From: Peribolospora baueri
Taxonomy: Eukaryota
Direction: 5' to 3'
Assembly (NCBI GenBank): GCA_029717555.1
Contig: JAMDHS010000137.1
Span: 1-32,929, forward strand
Length of the DNA stretch: 32,929 nt
This document shows positions 1 to 12,739 of the stretch, piece after piece. The position numbers and the translations under genes were made by a program. The stretch's first letter is position 1, and each line of letters starts with the position of its first letter. Under the pieces are notes generated by a model. That model was not told the DNA's origin. It did no database searches and saw only the letters and a program-made list of their open reading frames with translations.

Positions 1-7
1 AAAGAAA

Positions 8-12
<5 letters not shown>

Positions 13-47
<35 letters not shown>
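13..47. repeat. poly(A) homopolymer (35 nt)
   Basis: Uninterrupted A run about 25 bp beyond the aspartic protease stop codon. It reads as poly(U) on that gene's transcript. Confidence 0.95.
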
Positions 48-49
<2 letters not shown>

Positions 50-71
50 AGAAAAACTCTGCGTCGCGTTC

Positions 72-1889
72 TCAAACAATGGCGTCCACGTCTGTCCTGT
101 TCGCGAACCCGACTCTCAACGCCGTCTGCGCCTTTGAGCCATAATCAAAGACGGCGAGGTGGTTCTTGAGGAAGACGTCGCCGAGGACGACAAAGTGGGG
201 GCTGCCGCCTTGGATGCCGCTCATGCAGTAGTCCGAGCGGTTGTTGGCGGACGAAGGCGGAAGGGGGCGCGCGGGTTGGAATGGGAGGGAGCGGGCAGGG
301 AGTCCGAAGGCAAAGGTAGAGCTGGCGGCGGTCGTGTTGGCGGAGGAGGCCGCGTCGGGGAAGGAAAAGAATACGGATGGAGAGGATACGTTGCAGGGAA
401 CGACCCAGATGGACTCGTTGGTTGAGTAGAAGGACTGCGGGATGCGCGCGTGAATCCGAGCAGCGAGGGAATCGGGGCCAAGGACAAGGGTGGTCTGGAG
501 GGAGGGAGGGAGAGAGAGAGGGGAGTGACCGGTAAGGGGAAAGGACGAGGGAGATAGAAAAGTCAAGCGCCGGAGACAGGCAGCCAGGTGGAAGAACGTC
601 TACTCACGCCGGTGTCCACGATCGCCCTATGCGGATCGCTCGCGTTCATGACGTTCACGCCGTCGATGACGATGGCGTCAAGGTTGACGCCCCAATAGAC
701 CGAGCTGGTCACGTTGGTATACCTCACCCCTCTCTCGCCGCCCTTCGCCCACCTCGCGGGCACCTCCCCGAACACGTACTCCCCGCCACCGCCTTGGCCC
801 GTCCGGTGATCGGCCGCGACGAGCCGACAAGACAACACGGGCTTCTTGAGCTGGCCGTCCTGGACGAGTTGGGAAAAGGGTGTGGGTGCGCCGACGGTCG
901 AGAGCCGGTCCTGGGCAAGGCCGAGGATGCCGCTTTCGGCGCCGTTGGTGACGGATCCGGCGACGCGTCCGGCCACCTCCACGGATTGGTTGCGCACGCT
1001 GACCACGGACGACGACGAGGACCCGAAGCGCACGGTATCGAAGCCGACGTAACCGGCGGAAGAGTCTCCAGATGCATAGCTCATGTTCCAAGAACGGGTC
1101 GTGTTGACGAACGAGGACGATGCATTGGGGTGGAAGGCGGCGTGTGTGGGGAGCTCGCAGGCGGGGCAGTCAGGCCCAAAGACGAAGAGGTCAGCCGAGC
1201 CAGTATCGAACATGACTCCGACCCTCTGTGGCGGGGTGCCTATGGTGATGTTGGAGTACCACTGCGGTGCGCGGAATGGAGAAATGAAAGGTCAGCGATG
1301 AGAAGTCGGCGGTCGGCCGCGGACGACCTCCTCTTGAGCCATTGCACGCCGGGCTTCTCACCTCATTATCGGAGTCCTCGTTCCCAGCTTTCTCCACGGT
1401 GATGCCCCATGCCGGGTCTTCCCTCGTTATGCCACGGACGACGCCGGCGACGAGGCCATCGACGCCGCGCAGCGTCTCACCGAGCACGTCATCGGCGAAG
1501 CCTCGTTCTGTATCCTCACGGACCGTTGACCTCGGGGTTCGAATAGAAACCGACCGGTGCGCGCGCCGGTCAAGGCGGCGCTGGCTCTTGCCCTTGTGCC
1601 GATCCTCGCTCTTGCCCTCGGCCTGGTTGGTAGAAGCGAGAGGAGAGACGCGGGAGTAGCGGAGGAGGTTTTGGGCGTGGATACGACGATGGGGGCGGGG
1701 AAGGAGGGAGCGGTAGTTGAGGGAGAGGGTGTACACGCCGGCGGTGTCGTCTCTGTGAGGAAAAGAGCACGGAAGGGGCGATGTACGTGTGAGGAGGGGG
1801 TGAGACACGAACGAGGAGGCGAGGGAGACTCACGAGGCGACGAGGACGGGAAGGAGGGTGGCGAGGGCGAGGATGGAAAGGGGCGTCAT
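72..1889 (-). CDS. Secreted pepsin-like (family A1) aspartic protease, ~507 aa, 4 exons
   Basis: Exons 1889-1834, 1752-1362, 1261-608 and 494-72, all GT-AG, total 1524 nt in frame. Signal peptide MTPLSILALATLLPVLVAS, then a basic propeptide. Motifs: YSNITIGTPPQ, first catalytic FDTGS, flap SYASG, GILGL, second catalytic IVDTG|TT (split by an intron), LGDVFLKN and VGFA. Confidence 0.93.
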
Positions 1890-1971
1890 GTCATGTCATG
1901 GGTGGTGGAAAGGACAGGAGGGGATGAGCGAAAGTGGGGGATGGGAGAGGATGGAGGCGCGCGGAGGAAGC

Positions 1972-2056
1972 GGTGGTGGAAGCGGTGGTGGTGGTGGTGG
2001 TGGTGGTGGTTATGGTGGTGGTGGTTATGGGTATGGTTATGGTTATGGCGGTAGTG
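1972..2056. repeat. Imperfect (GGT)n / (GGTTAT)n microsatellite upstream of the aspartic protease
   Basis: ggtggtggtggt...ggttatggtggtggtggttatgggtatggttatggttatgg is directly visible. It generates the spurious poly-W, poly-G, poly-H, poly-T and poly-V ORFs. Confidence 0.9.
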
Positions 2057-2590
2057 AGGAGGATATGTATGCTGCGAGGAACGAAGCGGCGCCAAGACTT
2101 GCCACGTGCCGACGATCGACAACCAGGCACAGACAAACGACTGCGGCAGGCAGGGCGGGATCCTGCGTCGATCTCGCGTGCCTCATCCCCTGCGTCGGTC
2201 CAGACCGCGCTGCGCTGCGCGTCTCCGCCCGGAGTAAATACGAAAGCGACGCGACGTACAAGACGTGACGTAAGGTGGTCTGGTCAACTCACTGGCGACC
2301 ATGCCTCGCAAGGCTTGGCAATGTCAGTCAGTCGTCGCCCGTCTGTTTCCTCGTCGGATCAACGGCCATTCCCTTTGTTCCTCGTTCCTTTAGATATACA
2401 CCTACACCGATGTGGATCGAATGAGGGAAGGAATGAAGGATGGATAGGGGGACAATGGGAAATAAATAGGAATAGATCACATCGAGGCAAAGAACTCAAG
2501 GACGACCGACGGTTGGATGGATGGACGGTGGCGAGACGGAGATCCCGCGTCGGTCTATCGCTGCGGATCGGATCGAATACCGCCCGCCGC

Positions 2591-5485
2591 TCAAGACAGG
2601 GTGGGCATGGCCACCGACGCACGGTCGCTGACCGCGTCCTCGGCGCGCCAGAGTGACGTGGTCGTCTTGTTCTGCGTGAAAAAGTTGAGCCCTTGCTTTC
2701 CGTAAAAGCTGTGCCAGCGAAAAAAACAACAACCAAAACGCGATAAGATGCAAGTCAGGCCAAATTGAGCAAAAGCGCAGAAAACACGAGACAGTGGGCG
2801 GAGCGCGCTCAGTACAGGCGCTACTCACGGAACGTCGCCAAGAACGCTGCCCTTGTTGCCGCTCCAGCTGAACATGGGCAGCGGGACGGGAATCGGGACT
2901 GCGGACGGCCGACAGAGCAACAGAGACGGGGCGAAAGAGAAGACTCAGCGCTGATCGCTCTACAACAACAAACAGCGCCTCGCTCGGCTCACCGTTGATG
3001 CCGACCTGGCCACTGCAAACACCAAAGACGGTCAACACATCGCGCGGTCAGCGAGCGTACAACAGAACACCCAGTCACGCGCGACGTCGCCTCTCCCCCG
3101 CTCCCATTCAACGAAAGACGAGAGAGGGCGAGGCCCACAGCGGACGCACACTTGGATGTCGTGCTCAAACTTCCTTGCCGTCGCCCCGCTCTGGGTGAAG
3201 ATCGCCGTGCCGTTTCCGTACTTGTTGGCGTTGATGAGTCGGACGGCCTCGTCGAGCGTGTCGACGTGCACGACGGTGAGCACCGGTCCGAAGATCTCCT
3301 CCTCGTAACACTGCATCCCCGGCTTGGCCTTGATCACCGTCGGACCTACAAAGTTTCCGTTCCGGTACTCCGCCACTTTGTGGTTTCGTCCGTCAAGGAC
3401 GATCTCGCCGCCTTCGCGCTCGGCAGATGCGATCATCGACTCGATGCGCTCTTTCGCTTCGGGCGAGATGACCGGGCCGCTGTCGTACGTTCAGAGGCAC
3501 GTGGAAAAGGATCAATCGATGAGAGCGACGAATCCTTATCGAAAAATGAGCACTTACAGGTCGGTGCCCTTCTCAAAGCCTCCACTGACTTTGAGCTGCT
3601 TCGCGCGTTCGACCAGCTTGGGCAGCCACTTGTCGGAGTCGCCAACAGTCACCACTTCCAAGCAGCACGGGAAACAGCGCGGAGACGAGCCCGCCCGTAC
3701 GAGGTTAGCGGCGCAAAGGGAGCACAGGCCTCGTCGTTTGCGCAGACCGATTCCTCTCTCACTCACAAACGCTCAATGCCATGCACCTCTGTCCCGCAGC
3801 TCCAAACGCAGCACCGGCGATGCTGTTTAAGGCGAGGTTGGGGTTCGCGTCGGGCATCAAAACGGCATGGTTCTTCGCTCCAAGGTTGGCCTGTAAAAAC
3901 AGTAAACCAAAGGGCAGAGACATGCCGGTGAGTCTCTCACGGCTCTCCGCAGAGACTCGCTCGGCGAAACCCGCGACATACCTGCACACGTTTGCCGTTC
4001 TGCGTGCCCCTCTGCCAGATGTGAGTGCCTGCGCGATCGGAGCCAACGAAGCTGATGGCTTTAATCCTCGGATCGTCGCAGATAGCGTTGACCGTCGGAA
4101 CGCTGCCGTGCACGATGTTGAGAACTCCAGCGGGGAGGCCTGGAAAGGGGGATTTGCTCACAATCAGGACCAGGTGAGAGACGGTAAAAGAGCAAGCATC
4201 CCGCCGACGCACCTGCACGCTCGCACAGCTCGGCGATGATCATCGCCGCTCCGGGATCACGCTCCGAAGGTTTCAGGATCATCGTGTTTCCCGTCACGGT
4301 GGCCATCTACGAGGAACGCGAGCAGAAAGAGCATGTCAGCATTCATGCTTCCCACTCCGTGCCGGAAGGAAAAAGAGGGATGATGATCACCGGGATTGTC
4401 CACAATGGAATCATGCTGAATGGCGATAATGTCCAGCGGATAAACGTAAGCCAGCTGTGATCTGCCTTGCAATGGATCGCGACGGATGGCCCTATCTATC
4501 CCAGCTGGGCGACACCACTCACGCGGGAAAGTTGAACGGACAAAGCGAAGCGACGACGCCCAACGGCTCCCTCCTGACGCTCGTGTCCATGTCCTTGCTG
4601 ACCTCGAGCTTCTCCCCCATGAGGTTGCTCGTGATGCCGCAGGCCACTTCGACGACCTGGAGACCGCGGAGGACGTCGCCCTTGGCGTCGGCGAACGTCT
4701 TGCCCTGTTCGAGCACGATCGAAGAGGCGATGGCATCCATGTGCTCGCGAATGAGGGATTGGAGACTGGGACAAGGCGGTGAGAGGGACAACTGCTTCAG
4801 CGAGTTGGACCATACGGCAAGGCGACTTGACGGACTAGTCCGACCAAGAGATGGACAACCACTCACTTGAGCATGACCTTCTGTCGGCTCAACAAACTCG
4901 TGTTCTTCCAGCTCTCGAACGCCTTCTGCGCGCTGGACACCGCCTGGTCAAACTCGACCGGGGTCGTCTCCGGCACTGAGGTCAAGACCGTTTGAGAGGC
5001 CTTTCCGAGGTAGACGCGGTGAATGAATGCAACCGATGTGGGCCCAGCACGGCCATTTGGTCAGCCGCCGTCTCGTATCGCAATGCCTTCGACGCCAACG
5101 CGCCCAGCGGAGCTCGTCCCGAAAAAAAAGAAAAGAAAAAGGAGACTATCTATTGGCTTACAGGGTCCCTGATCTCGATCCACGTATCGCTCTTGCTCTC
5201 CACGAACAAGCCGTCGACATAGTTGCGCGTCCTCGTCGTGCCATCGGTGAACGTGCCCTTCCACTGTCCGTTCAACGCGTTCGCATGCTGCTGACTCAAC
5301 GGGGACAGCGACGCCACGCCCGCTGGCGCGCTGGAGCGGGGCGTGGAGGCAGGTTGGGCGAGGCGGAGGGAAGGGGTGGTGGAAAGCTGGCGGGCCGACG
5401 ACGGGCGCAGGAAGCGGTGCGATGAAGGACGCGGCGCCGTGGCGAGGACGCGGAGGGTGCGGGGTGCGAAGGTTCGAGGAATCAT
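2591..5485 (-). CDS. ALDH6A1: Methylmalonate-semialdehyde dehydrogenase (CoA-acylating, ALDH6 family), mitochondrial, ~578 aa, 12 exons
   Basis: Exons 5485-5162, 5000-4867, 4765-4523, 4415-4391, 4306-4213, 4139-3982, 3890-3767, 3654-3558, 3479-3150, 3012-2993, 2898-2829 and 2708-2591, total 1737 nt in frame. Motifs: [41 protein letters not shown] (catalytic Cys), [16 protein letters not shown] and [14 protein letters not shown]. The N-terminus is an Arg/Ser-rich presequence. Confidence 0.95.
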
Positions 5486-5769
5486 GGTAGCGGCAAGGAA
5501 GTGGATGTGGGAAATGGAAGGTGGGGAGACGAAGGATGGCGGTGGGGCGATGAGCATCAGCCTGGAACATCTATCTGGCCCTGCGTCTCGACTACGGTAA
5601 CTAAGAGCGCGCTGTCACTGATCGGCCCCGCAAGTTGGACGCCGGCGGATAAAGCACAGCACGTGTCGGCGGATTCTGATTACCAGGGCCGGCTGCGGCG
5701 AGTGTGACAGTGCACGACGACGTTAAGACTGCGAGAGATGGACCACACCTGCTATTCCATACAAATAAC

Positions 5770-8498
5770 TCATACCCCGCCAGCTTCATCGGTCCCGACT
5801 ATGAAAGCACAGCTGAACGCCTCCCTGTCTGCCAGTAGCAGCGTCCTTCCATCCGGTGACCAGGCAAGAGATAACGTCGAGAACCCAGCTGTCATGACCA
5901 GTGCGAGAGATGAAGAGGTCGGCAACGTGGCGACCGTTGAAAAGAGCGTTTGCAGGGACGGAAGATGAGAGTAGGAGTGAGGAGGACGTCAGCGCGGTTG
6001 GCGTGAACGCCACTCCGTCTCGATGACTCGGGAGGCACACGGCGCGACGCGACGCGGCGGAACGCACCGACAGGGACGCCGATTCCCTCCGCCCCTTCCT
6101 TCCCCTCTCCATCATCGCTCCAAACATAAACGGCTCCAGTGCCGCTACACCAGGCCAATCGCGACGGTCGCCGTCGCGCGCCGACCGTGTCCGACGGTGC
6201 CGTGTCTGGGTCTGGAGACCAGCTTACTGTGCGGATGGAGTTGGAGTGTAAGAGGACGGTGAGGAGGTGGGGTTGTGGAGGTCGTTCGACGAGGTTTTCG
6301 TCTTCGTCAGAGGCGGACGAAGGAGGGGGGATGGGAGTATGGTGGAAGCGGTAAATGAAGAGGGCTGTTGGCTTTGTCTCTGCGTTGCCGACGGACCCCA
6401 AAAACAAGGCAAGAGAAATGGATAAACTATGCCCGCTCCGAAGCGCCAACAGAAATCAGACTTTCTCCCATCGTCACTTGTAGCCTCCACTCACCGCACT
6501 TGACAGCCAGAAGCGTCCCGTTCGTGTTCCATTCTAGCCAGCTGACGCCCATTCGCGCATTCGGCTTTGTCGAGTCCGGACGGACGCTATGGAGAATCGT
6601 AGGCAGGGTAGACGGCTCGTCTGCGGTTCGAAAGCGGACGAGCAGAGCGGAGAGACGAAAGAGAGGGTGGCGAAGCTCTGAGCACCATACCAAGCCATCG
6701 TCATGGATCCAGCCAGGTGCGGCACTCACAATGGATGACCCCCCTCCCCCCGCTCTCCTCGACCCATCCACGCGGCTCTCTCCATACAGTGGGCGCCACA
6801 CCCCCGCTCTGCTTCGTATGAGCGGTCACCTTTGCGGGACAGTCGAGCACGAACGCTTGTTTCCAGGTGGAAGATTCGAGGATGCAAACCTGGAAGGCAA
6901 GCAGCGCAGTTAGGAAACTGACTTCAATTTTCCGCGAAGCAATTCAAACGTGAAATCCTGTGGGAAAAAAAATGGCAAAACCCGACCGGATAAAGCCTGC
7001 ATCTCACCTTATCCTCCCAGGAGGCCACAGCGAGGAATCGGCCACTAGGATGCCATCGCACAGCCCTCACGCCTAAGCCTCCGCCAGAGACGCTCTCGCC
7101 TCTACTCGCCGCGTCCTTCTCCGTCACCCCTCCAGTCCTCCCAGCTGACCCCGTACTCCTCGAAGCTCGCAAGTCAGCAGACCGAGTCGATGCCCCTCTA
7201 GACGCCGTTGAACTTGAGCTAGAGCCAGCGAGCGTGGTGGAATTGAGGGACGGTAGCATGGCTGTGGGCTCTGCATTGGAGCTAGCGATGGCAAACGTGG
7301 AGAGCAGGTGTCCGGCCGGATTTAGTAGGAGGACGCGATACTCTAGATTGTGGTCGTAGATGGCTAAGTGAGAACCTGTGGGCGACCAGGCGAGAGAGGT
7401 GGCCGACGTGGTCGGTAGGGGGATGAACTAGAACCGCGACGAATCAAAGATGGCCGGCTCAGCATTCGAAGCCAGCAGACCCGTCACGGCCTATGGACAG
7501 CATCGAAGCGCTCGCGACGCTCACTCTCTCCAATTTCCAGGCTCTCTCATCCGTCGCGCTCTGCTCCCATGAACGTCGACTGAGACTCAGGGCTAGCGCC
7601 TGCATGGCTTTGTCCATCGTGGGTGGGGTATATATACTCAGGAAGTCCTTGCCGGCGGAGCGCTGAAGAAGGGCTAGTGAGGCAGTGGTCGGATGGTAGG
7701 ACCAGCCTAAGGTAGGAATGGAAAAGGATGAGCAGTATTCAGATGGGCAGACAGAATGTCATGTGAATGGTTCGTTCTCACTTGAGAGGTGTTTCGGAGA
7801 CTGAATATGAGTAGAGGACGAAGAGGCCAGGGACCAGATCGACAAGCGAAGCTGAGGAGAGGGGCGGGAAACGAAGCAAGTTAGTTTCTCTTCAAGCAAG
7901 ATCGGCATACCTGGGTCCAGGCGGAAAATAAACTGACCCCGTGCTCAGATAAGCACACAACCGTTCTTCCATCCCCACCGCCTGCCCACTCCGCATGGAT
8001 CATCCCCTCTGGCCCAGCATCGATCCTTGCCGCCCAAGCTCCTTCCTCCTCACAGCTTTCCATGCCGAGCTGGAGCCCGTATATGAATGCAACTGCCCTT
8101 GTATCGGCCTCCTTTGCCTTCTCCGTCGCTGCGTTTGTTCTGGCACTTCCGGAACGCGTCGTCACTGTCCCTCCCCTCGCCGACCTCTTCAAGTTGGTCG
8201 AATCATCATCTGAGACCGGAGAGATAGGCACGCCAGAGCACCGAACAAGGATGTACATCCCGTCAGGGCTCCACTGCAGCTGCTGAATATCTGCGGGGCA
8301 CTTCCATGTCCTCACAACCTGCATCGATCGTGTTGCGCGCACGATGAGCAGGTCGCGGGAGGCAGCTGCTAGGAAGGTGCTGCCCGGGGAGAAGGAGAGG
8401 GAGGCAAGACCGCAGTGCTGGTAGGGGGACGAGGAAGTGGAGGCGGAGGGGAGAGTTGATAAGGACGAGGTGTGTCTGTAGGCTGAAGTGAAGTCCAT
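5770..8498 (-). CDS. WRAP73: WDR8/WRAP73-like WD40-repeat protein (spindle pole body/centrosome associated), multi-exon
   Basis: Starts MDFT..Y and continues FSPGSTFLA...LIVR...QVVRTW, the WDR8 N-terminal pattern. WD blades: QWSPDG, LRLSIWSL..IQSPK, LAWSPTGSHLAIYD, GLGVRAVRWHPSGRFLAV, LEWNTNGTLLAV and LAWSPDGRTLLL. All introns splice GT-AG in frame to a TGA at 5770-5772. Confidence 0.8.
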
Positions 8499-8725
8499 CT
8501 TGAGGGCCTACAAGAAGAAACGATGGGAGGCAGAGGCTGATGGTGAGGTTGAAGTCCCTCGTCAGTCCCTTATTGCTTCATCGCGCGCCTGAGAAGACGT
8601 GACCCGCTAATGAGCACGTGAAGGTCAATCGATGACTAAGCTCGCGACTGCGTGTTGGCCAACCGTCGCTGCCTGGACCCTTATTTCAGACTCACGCCTA
8701 CGACGAGCGCGTACCGTCCTTCGAC

Positions 8726-10229
8726 ATGACTTCAGAAGGTGAGCGGCGGCGCTTTTGACTGCTTTTCGTTCTTTCCAGCCTACAATGGGCCATCGACCAG
8801 ACTCGCCGCCGAGTCTGTCTCGAGAGCGCTGACAATCCTCGACGCCTTTCGTCTCGATCCTCCAGGTCAACGTTTGGATTGGGTGCGTCCCCTTCGGGCT
8901 CCATTTCGTCCTGGGATTCGAACGCCAACAATTTTTGGAAGATGAAATAAGAATGGTGGCTCTCACTCTCTGTGTTCCGCGCGGCATTCCCCGTTTGGCC
9001 TTTTTTACAGGTGCCTCTGGAGAGCAACCCAGAGGTGATGAACCAAGTGAGCTCGCTATCCCGCCGTAGGCTTGTTCGGTCACTTGCGACACAACCTATG
9101 GATATTAACAGATAGTCATTGCCTTTTTGGATTCTTGGTCAATGCTTTTAGTGGGCGAGCTCGATGGGTCTCTCGACGGACATCTTCGCCTACCATGACG
9201 TCTTCGGCCTCGACGACGAGCTACTCTCCATGGTCCCTGCGCCTGCCCAGGCAGTCCTACTCCTTTTCCCCATTTCTGGGGCCACCGAGGAACGCCGTTA
9301 TAAGGAGGATGAGAACATGCGGGAAGGCGAGGGTGATGGCAAGGACGGCGTAATGTGGTTCAAACAGACTGTAAGCCCTGCACTTATTGTCAGGCCTTCT
9401 CGCCAGGATATGGCGCCGCAATAATGTTTTCGAAACGCTGAAAGGTGCTATGCCGTATGCCTATGTACTTAATGCCGTTCTTCATACTTCCAAGATTGGG
9501 AACGCGTGCGGGACGATCGGGCTGCTGCACAGTATCGCCAACTCCTCTGCGCGGGAGGTCGTCGCACGCGGCAGTCCGATGGAACAGCTTCTCCAGGAGA
9601 CTCAAGGTGTGTAGCGAGGCAGGAAATGGTTTATGTTATCCTCATTTATCTGTTTTAGTTTTGGCCAGCTCATCCCTGTCTTGTATTTGCGCTGCCAGAC
9701 AAGAACCCCCTGGAGCGAGCCAAACTGCTCACCACGTCCTCTGCCCTGTCCGCCGCCCACGCTGCCTCGGCTTCCGGCGGACAGACGGCGGCTCCTGCAC
9801 CGGATACCAACGTTGATCTGCATTTTGTGTGCTTTGTTAGGGGCAAAAGTGGGAGGCTGTTGGAGCTGGATGGAAGGAGACGAGGCGTGGTCGATCGCGG
9901 AGAGGTGCAGGGTGGACAAGAAGGACTATTGAAGGTGGGAAAAACTACGAAGCAACTGAGCTCTGGGACGTGCTTCAAGTCTATAGTATCCGTATGCCAA
10001 CAACTTCCCCCCTTCTTGCGCATCACAAAATATCAGGCTGTGGCTCAGTTCGTCCAATCCAGCTACGTAAGTCCTGCTTCCTTGCCATGCCGCATGCCAG
10101 GCAAACCAAGTCGTTGACTCGAACCATACGGATTATTTTCTCTCTCCTCGCCCATAACTTATGCAGATGGCCGACTCTGAAAACGTCAACTTCAACCTCA
10201 TTGCTCTCGCGCCGTCTGTGAATGACTGA
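8726..10229 (+). CDS. YUH1: Ubiquitin C-terminal hydrolase (peptidase C12, Yuh1/UCH-L3-like), ~241 aa, 8 exons
   Basis: Exons 8726-8738, 8866-8882, 9011-9046, 9152-9370, 9495-9606, 9699-9934, 10037-10066 and 10167-10229, total 726 nt. Motifs: WVPLESNPEV, DVFGLD, AVLLLFP, FKQTIGNACGTIGLLH (Gln/Cys), DLHFVCF (His), ELDGRR (Asp) and FNLIAL. Confidence 0.93.
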
Positions 10230-10641
10230 ACTCGTCAGGCTATGAGCTACGAGAACGCTAGCTTGCACCGCTACCCAGTTGATTGTTTGCTTACTTCGCG
10301 CAACGTGCTCGATCTCGGACGGGCGCGTCTAACATGACATGTACAATAAGTCTCGTTCAAGTAACCCCTTGGGTGTTGGAATGGGATCTATCAACGATGG
10401 AGTTCTGCCGATCTAGGGCGCTCGGCGTTTCCCTTCCCTCCAAGTTAAACCCAGATTCGAGTGTTGAGGTGTGTGTAGTTCTTTGTGACAGCGCGCCGCT
10501 GCTGCGGCACACTCGGCTTTCCTCCACCACCACCACCACCACCAGCCTGGTCACCTCCCTTGCGGGACGACCGTAGCAAGTTTGAGAGTTCGAGCCTGCT
10601 CATCTACTTTCCCCTTTTGTCCAGCAGCCCCAAAATAGGAC

Positions 10642-12696
10642 ATGGACGCGGCCAGACATGATGAGACGTACGGAGGACACCCTCCGTCTCAGCCGGGCCT
10701 TCCCAACTCCGCCGAGACTGCGCAAGGAGTGAACGGAGCCTATCCCTCAGCCAAGGAGGACCGGTCGTCGTCAGCATCGCCAGGCATGGAGATGAAGAAG
10801 GATAATGGATCACAGAGTGGTGCTGATCGCGCAAGGGGTGAAGTGAATGTTAAGGTGCAGAGTATGGATCTCGAGGAAGGCGTGGGTGATGGCCATGCCC
10901 CGCAGGAGAAGCAGGAGAAAGGTGTGGGCACAATCGTCAAAGAGGAGCAGCCCACCTCACCGTCATTACAACATCCTCCTTCAAATGACGGGCCATCCAA
11001 CACTTATTTCCCTCTCAAGGGTATCTCGTTGGAGCAGGACCTTCTCCATCAATTTCCCCTAGCATCTAGTTCTCGCTCCCATTCTCCCTCCGCCTCCTCC
11101 TCCTCCACCCCTATCACCCCATCCGCTACTACCAGCACAGCAACAACGAAGGGGAAGGGCAGGAACGGTCAGAAACAGCGCTTGGCGAGCAAACCTATCC
11201 TCATCTCCGACGCCCCGATCGCGGAAGACGCGGCGATGCGGACGTTCAGCGAACTGGATGGCAATACGTACGAGAGGAGTTCGATGGGGAGGACAAGGTT
11301 CAATGAGGAGGGTATGACATGCGACTGTACTTATGAGCACGGTGAGCTTCAAGAGCTTAGTCTTCTGTCACTCGGATCCTCTCGGATATTTTTTTCGGTG
11401 AAGGTGCCAGTTGTTGTACCGATAGGATGGCCGTCGGCGTGCTGACTGGCCTTAAATTATGTCCATCTCCTGATCTTGCCATTTTTTCTCGCTCCTCGAC
11501 AGGCGTTGACGATCCTGATGCCGCGTGTGGGCCCTACTCGGACTGCATCAACCGCCTCACTCAAGTCGAATGCCTCGTTGAGGACTGCCGATGTCGAAAA
11601 TACTGTCTCAATCAGCGGTGCGTTCTCTATGGCAGGCCTTCTATACAGCAACAACCGGATGGCTGGAAGGACTACGACGTTTCGCGCGGGACATGTAGGA
11701 ATGGTGCGCTGACAGACGTTCGATCCCTGCTTGTCCACTGCGCTGGCCGTTCATTTGTTCAGATTCCAACGAAAACAGTATGCTAACGTGCAGATTGTCG
11801 ATGCTGGTATGAAGGGTTTCGGTTTGCGAGCAGAGGAGGACCTGCCCGAGTAAGCGCTCCCACCGCGACCGCTCCGCATTAAAGAAATCATTTTGATCTT
11901 GTTATCCTGACTTTTCCCTGCGATCTTCACCCCCGGCACCCTTTTCGGTACTCAGAGACGCCTTCATATACGAATATGTCGGCGAAGTCATCGGCCAATC
12001 CACGTTTCTCAAACGGATAAAGCAATATGCGGAGGATGGCATTAAGCATTTTTATTTTATGATGCTGCAAAAAGAAGAGGTGAGCAAAGCCCGTTTCTAT
12101 ACGGTCGAAGCGGTCGACCCATTCTAAAGGAAAATGTCCTCGAAATTCACTCCATATGTTGCCCCATTACATTTTAGTACATCGACGCGACCAAAAAAGG
12201 GGGTATAGGCCGCTTCATCAACCACAGCTGCAATCCAAACTGTTATGTGGCAAAGTGGCAAGTCGGTCAAAGGATGCGCATGGGTATCTTCTCCAAGCGC
12301 TCCATCCTCCAGGGCGAGGAGCTCACTTTCAACTACAACGTGGACCGCTACGGGTTAGTACCTATCAGTTTTTCAATCGGCGGGCTGTCGAATGAGTCTA
12401 ACACGGACTTTCGGACTTGTCAGACACGATCCCCAGCCATGTTATTGCGGCGAGCCGAACTGCGTCGGTGCTCTCGGTGGTAAAACACAAACCGACCTGG
12501 CAGGCATGGATGATCTCTACCTTGATGCCCTCGGCATTGCGGACGATGTGGAGAAATATGGGCTCAAGGGCAATAAGAAGAAGAAAAGCAAGCAGCTCGA
12601 CGAAGACTTCGTGGTGCGTGCCTCATCATCTCGTTTTCATGCAGTCCTTTGTCTCGCCTTGCCCCGAGATGCGGCAAGGTGGAGGTTGAATATGTA

Positions 12697-12739
<43 letters not shown>

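Noticed and set aside
13..47. Poly(A) run as the tail of a retrocopy or retroelement
   Set aside because: It is in the wrong orientation for the adjacent minus-strand gene, which retains its introns. No element sequence is visible, although the window edge limits the view.
1858..2268. Gly/Tyr-rich ORF (GGGGYGGGGYGYGYG) and the overlapping poly-His, poly-Trp and poly-Thr ORFs
   Set aside because: All are translations of the (GGT)n microsatellite in different frames, with no other coding support.
5486..5557. In-frame upstream ATG extending MMSDH by 24 aa
   Set aside because: The extension is a CT-rich promoter/UTR-like tract. ATG 5485 has a good context (ACC-ATG) and begins the presequence, and there is no evidence the upstream ATG is transcribed.
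6427..6801. Apparent in-frame read-through or non-canonical GC-AG intron in WDR8
   Set aside because: The correct frame reads VWREPRGWVEESGGRGVIH, then a canonical phase-1 GTGAGT...GCAG intron gives YEPSTLP. No unusual splicing is needed.
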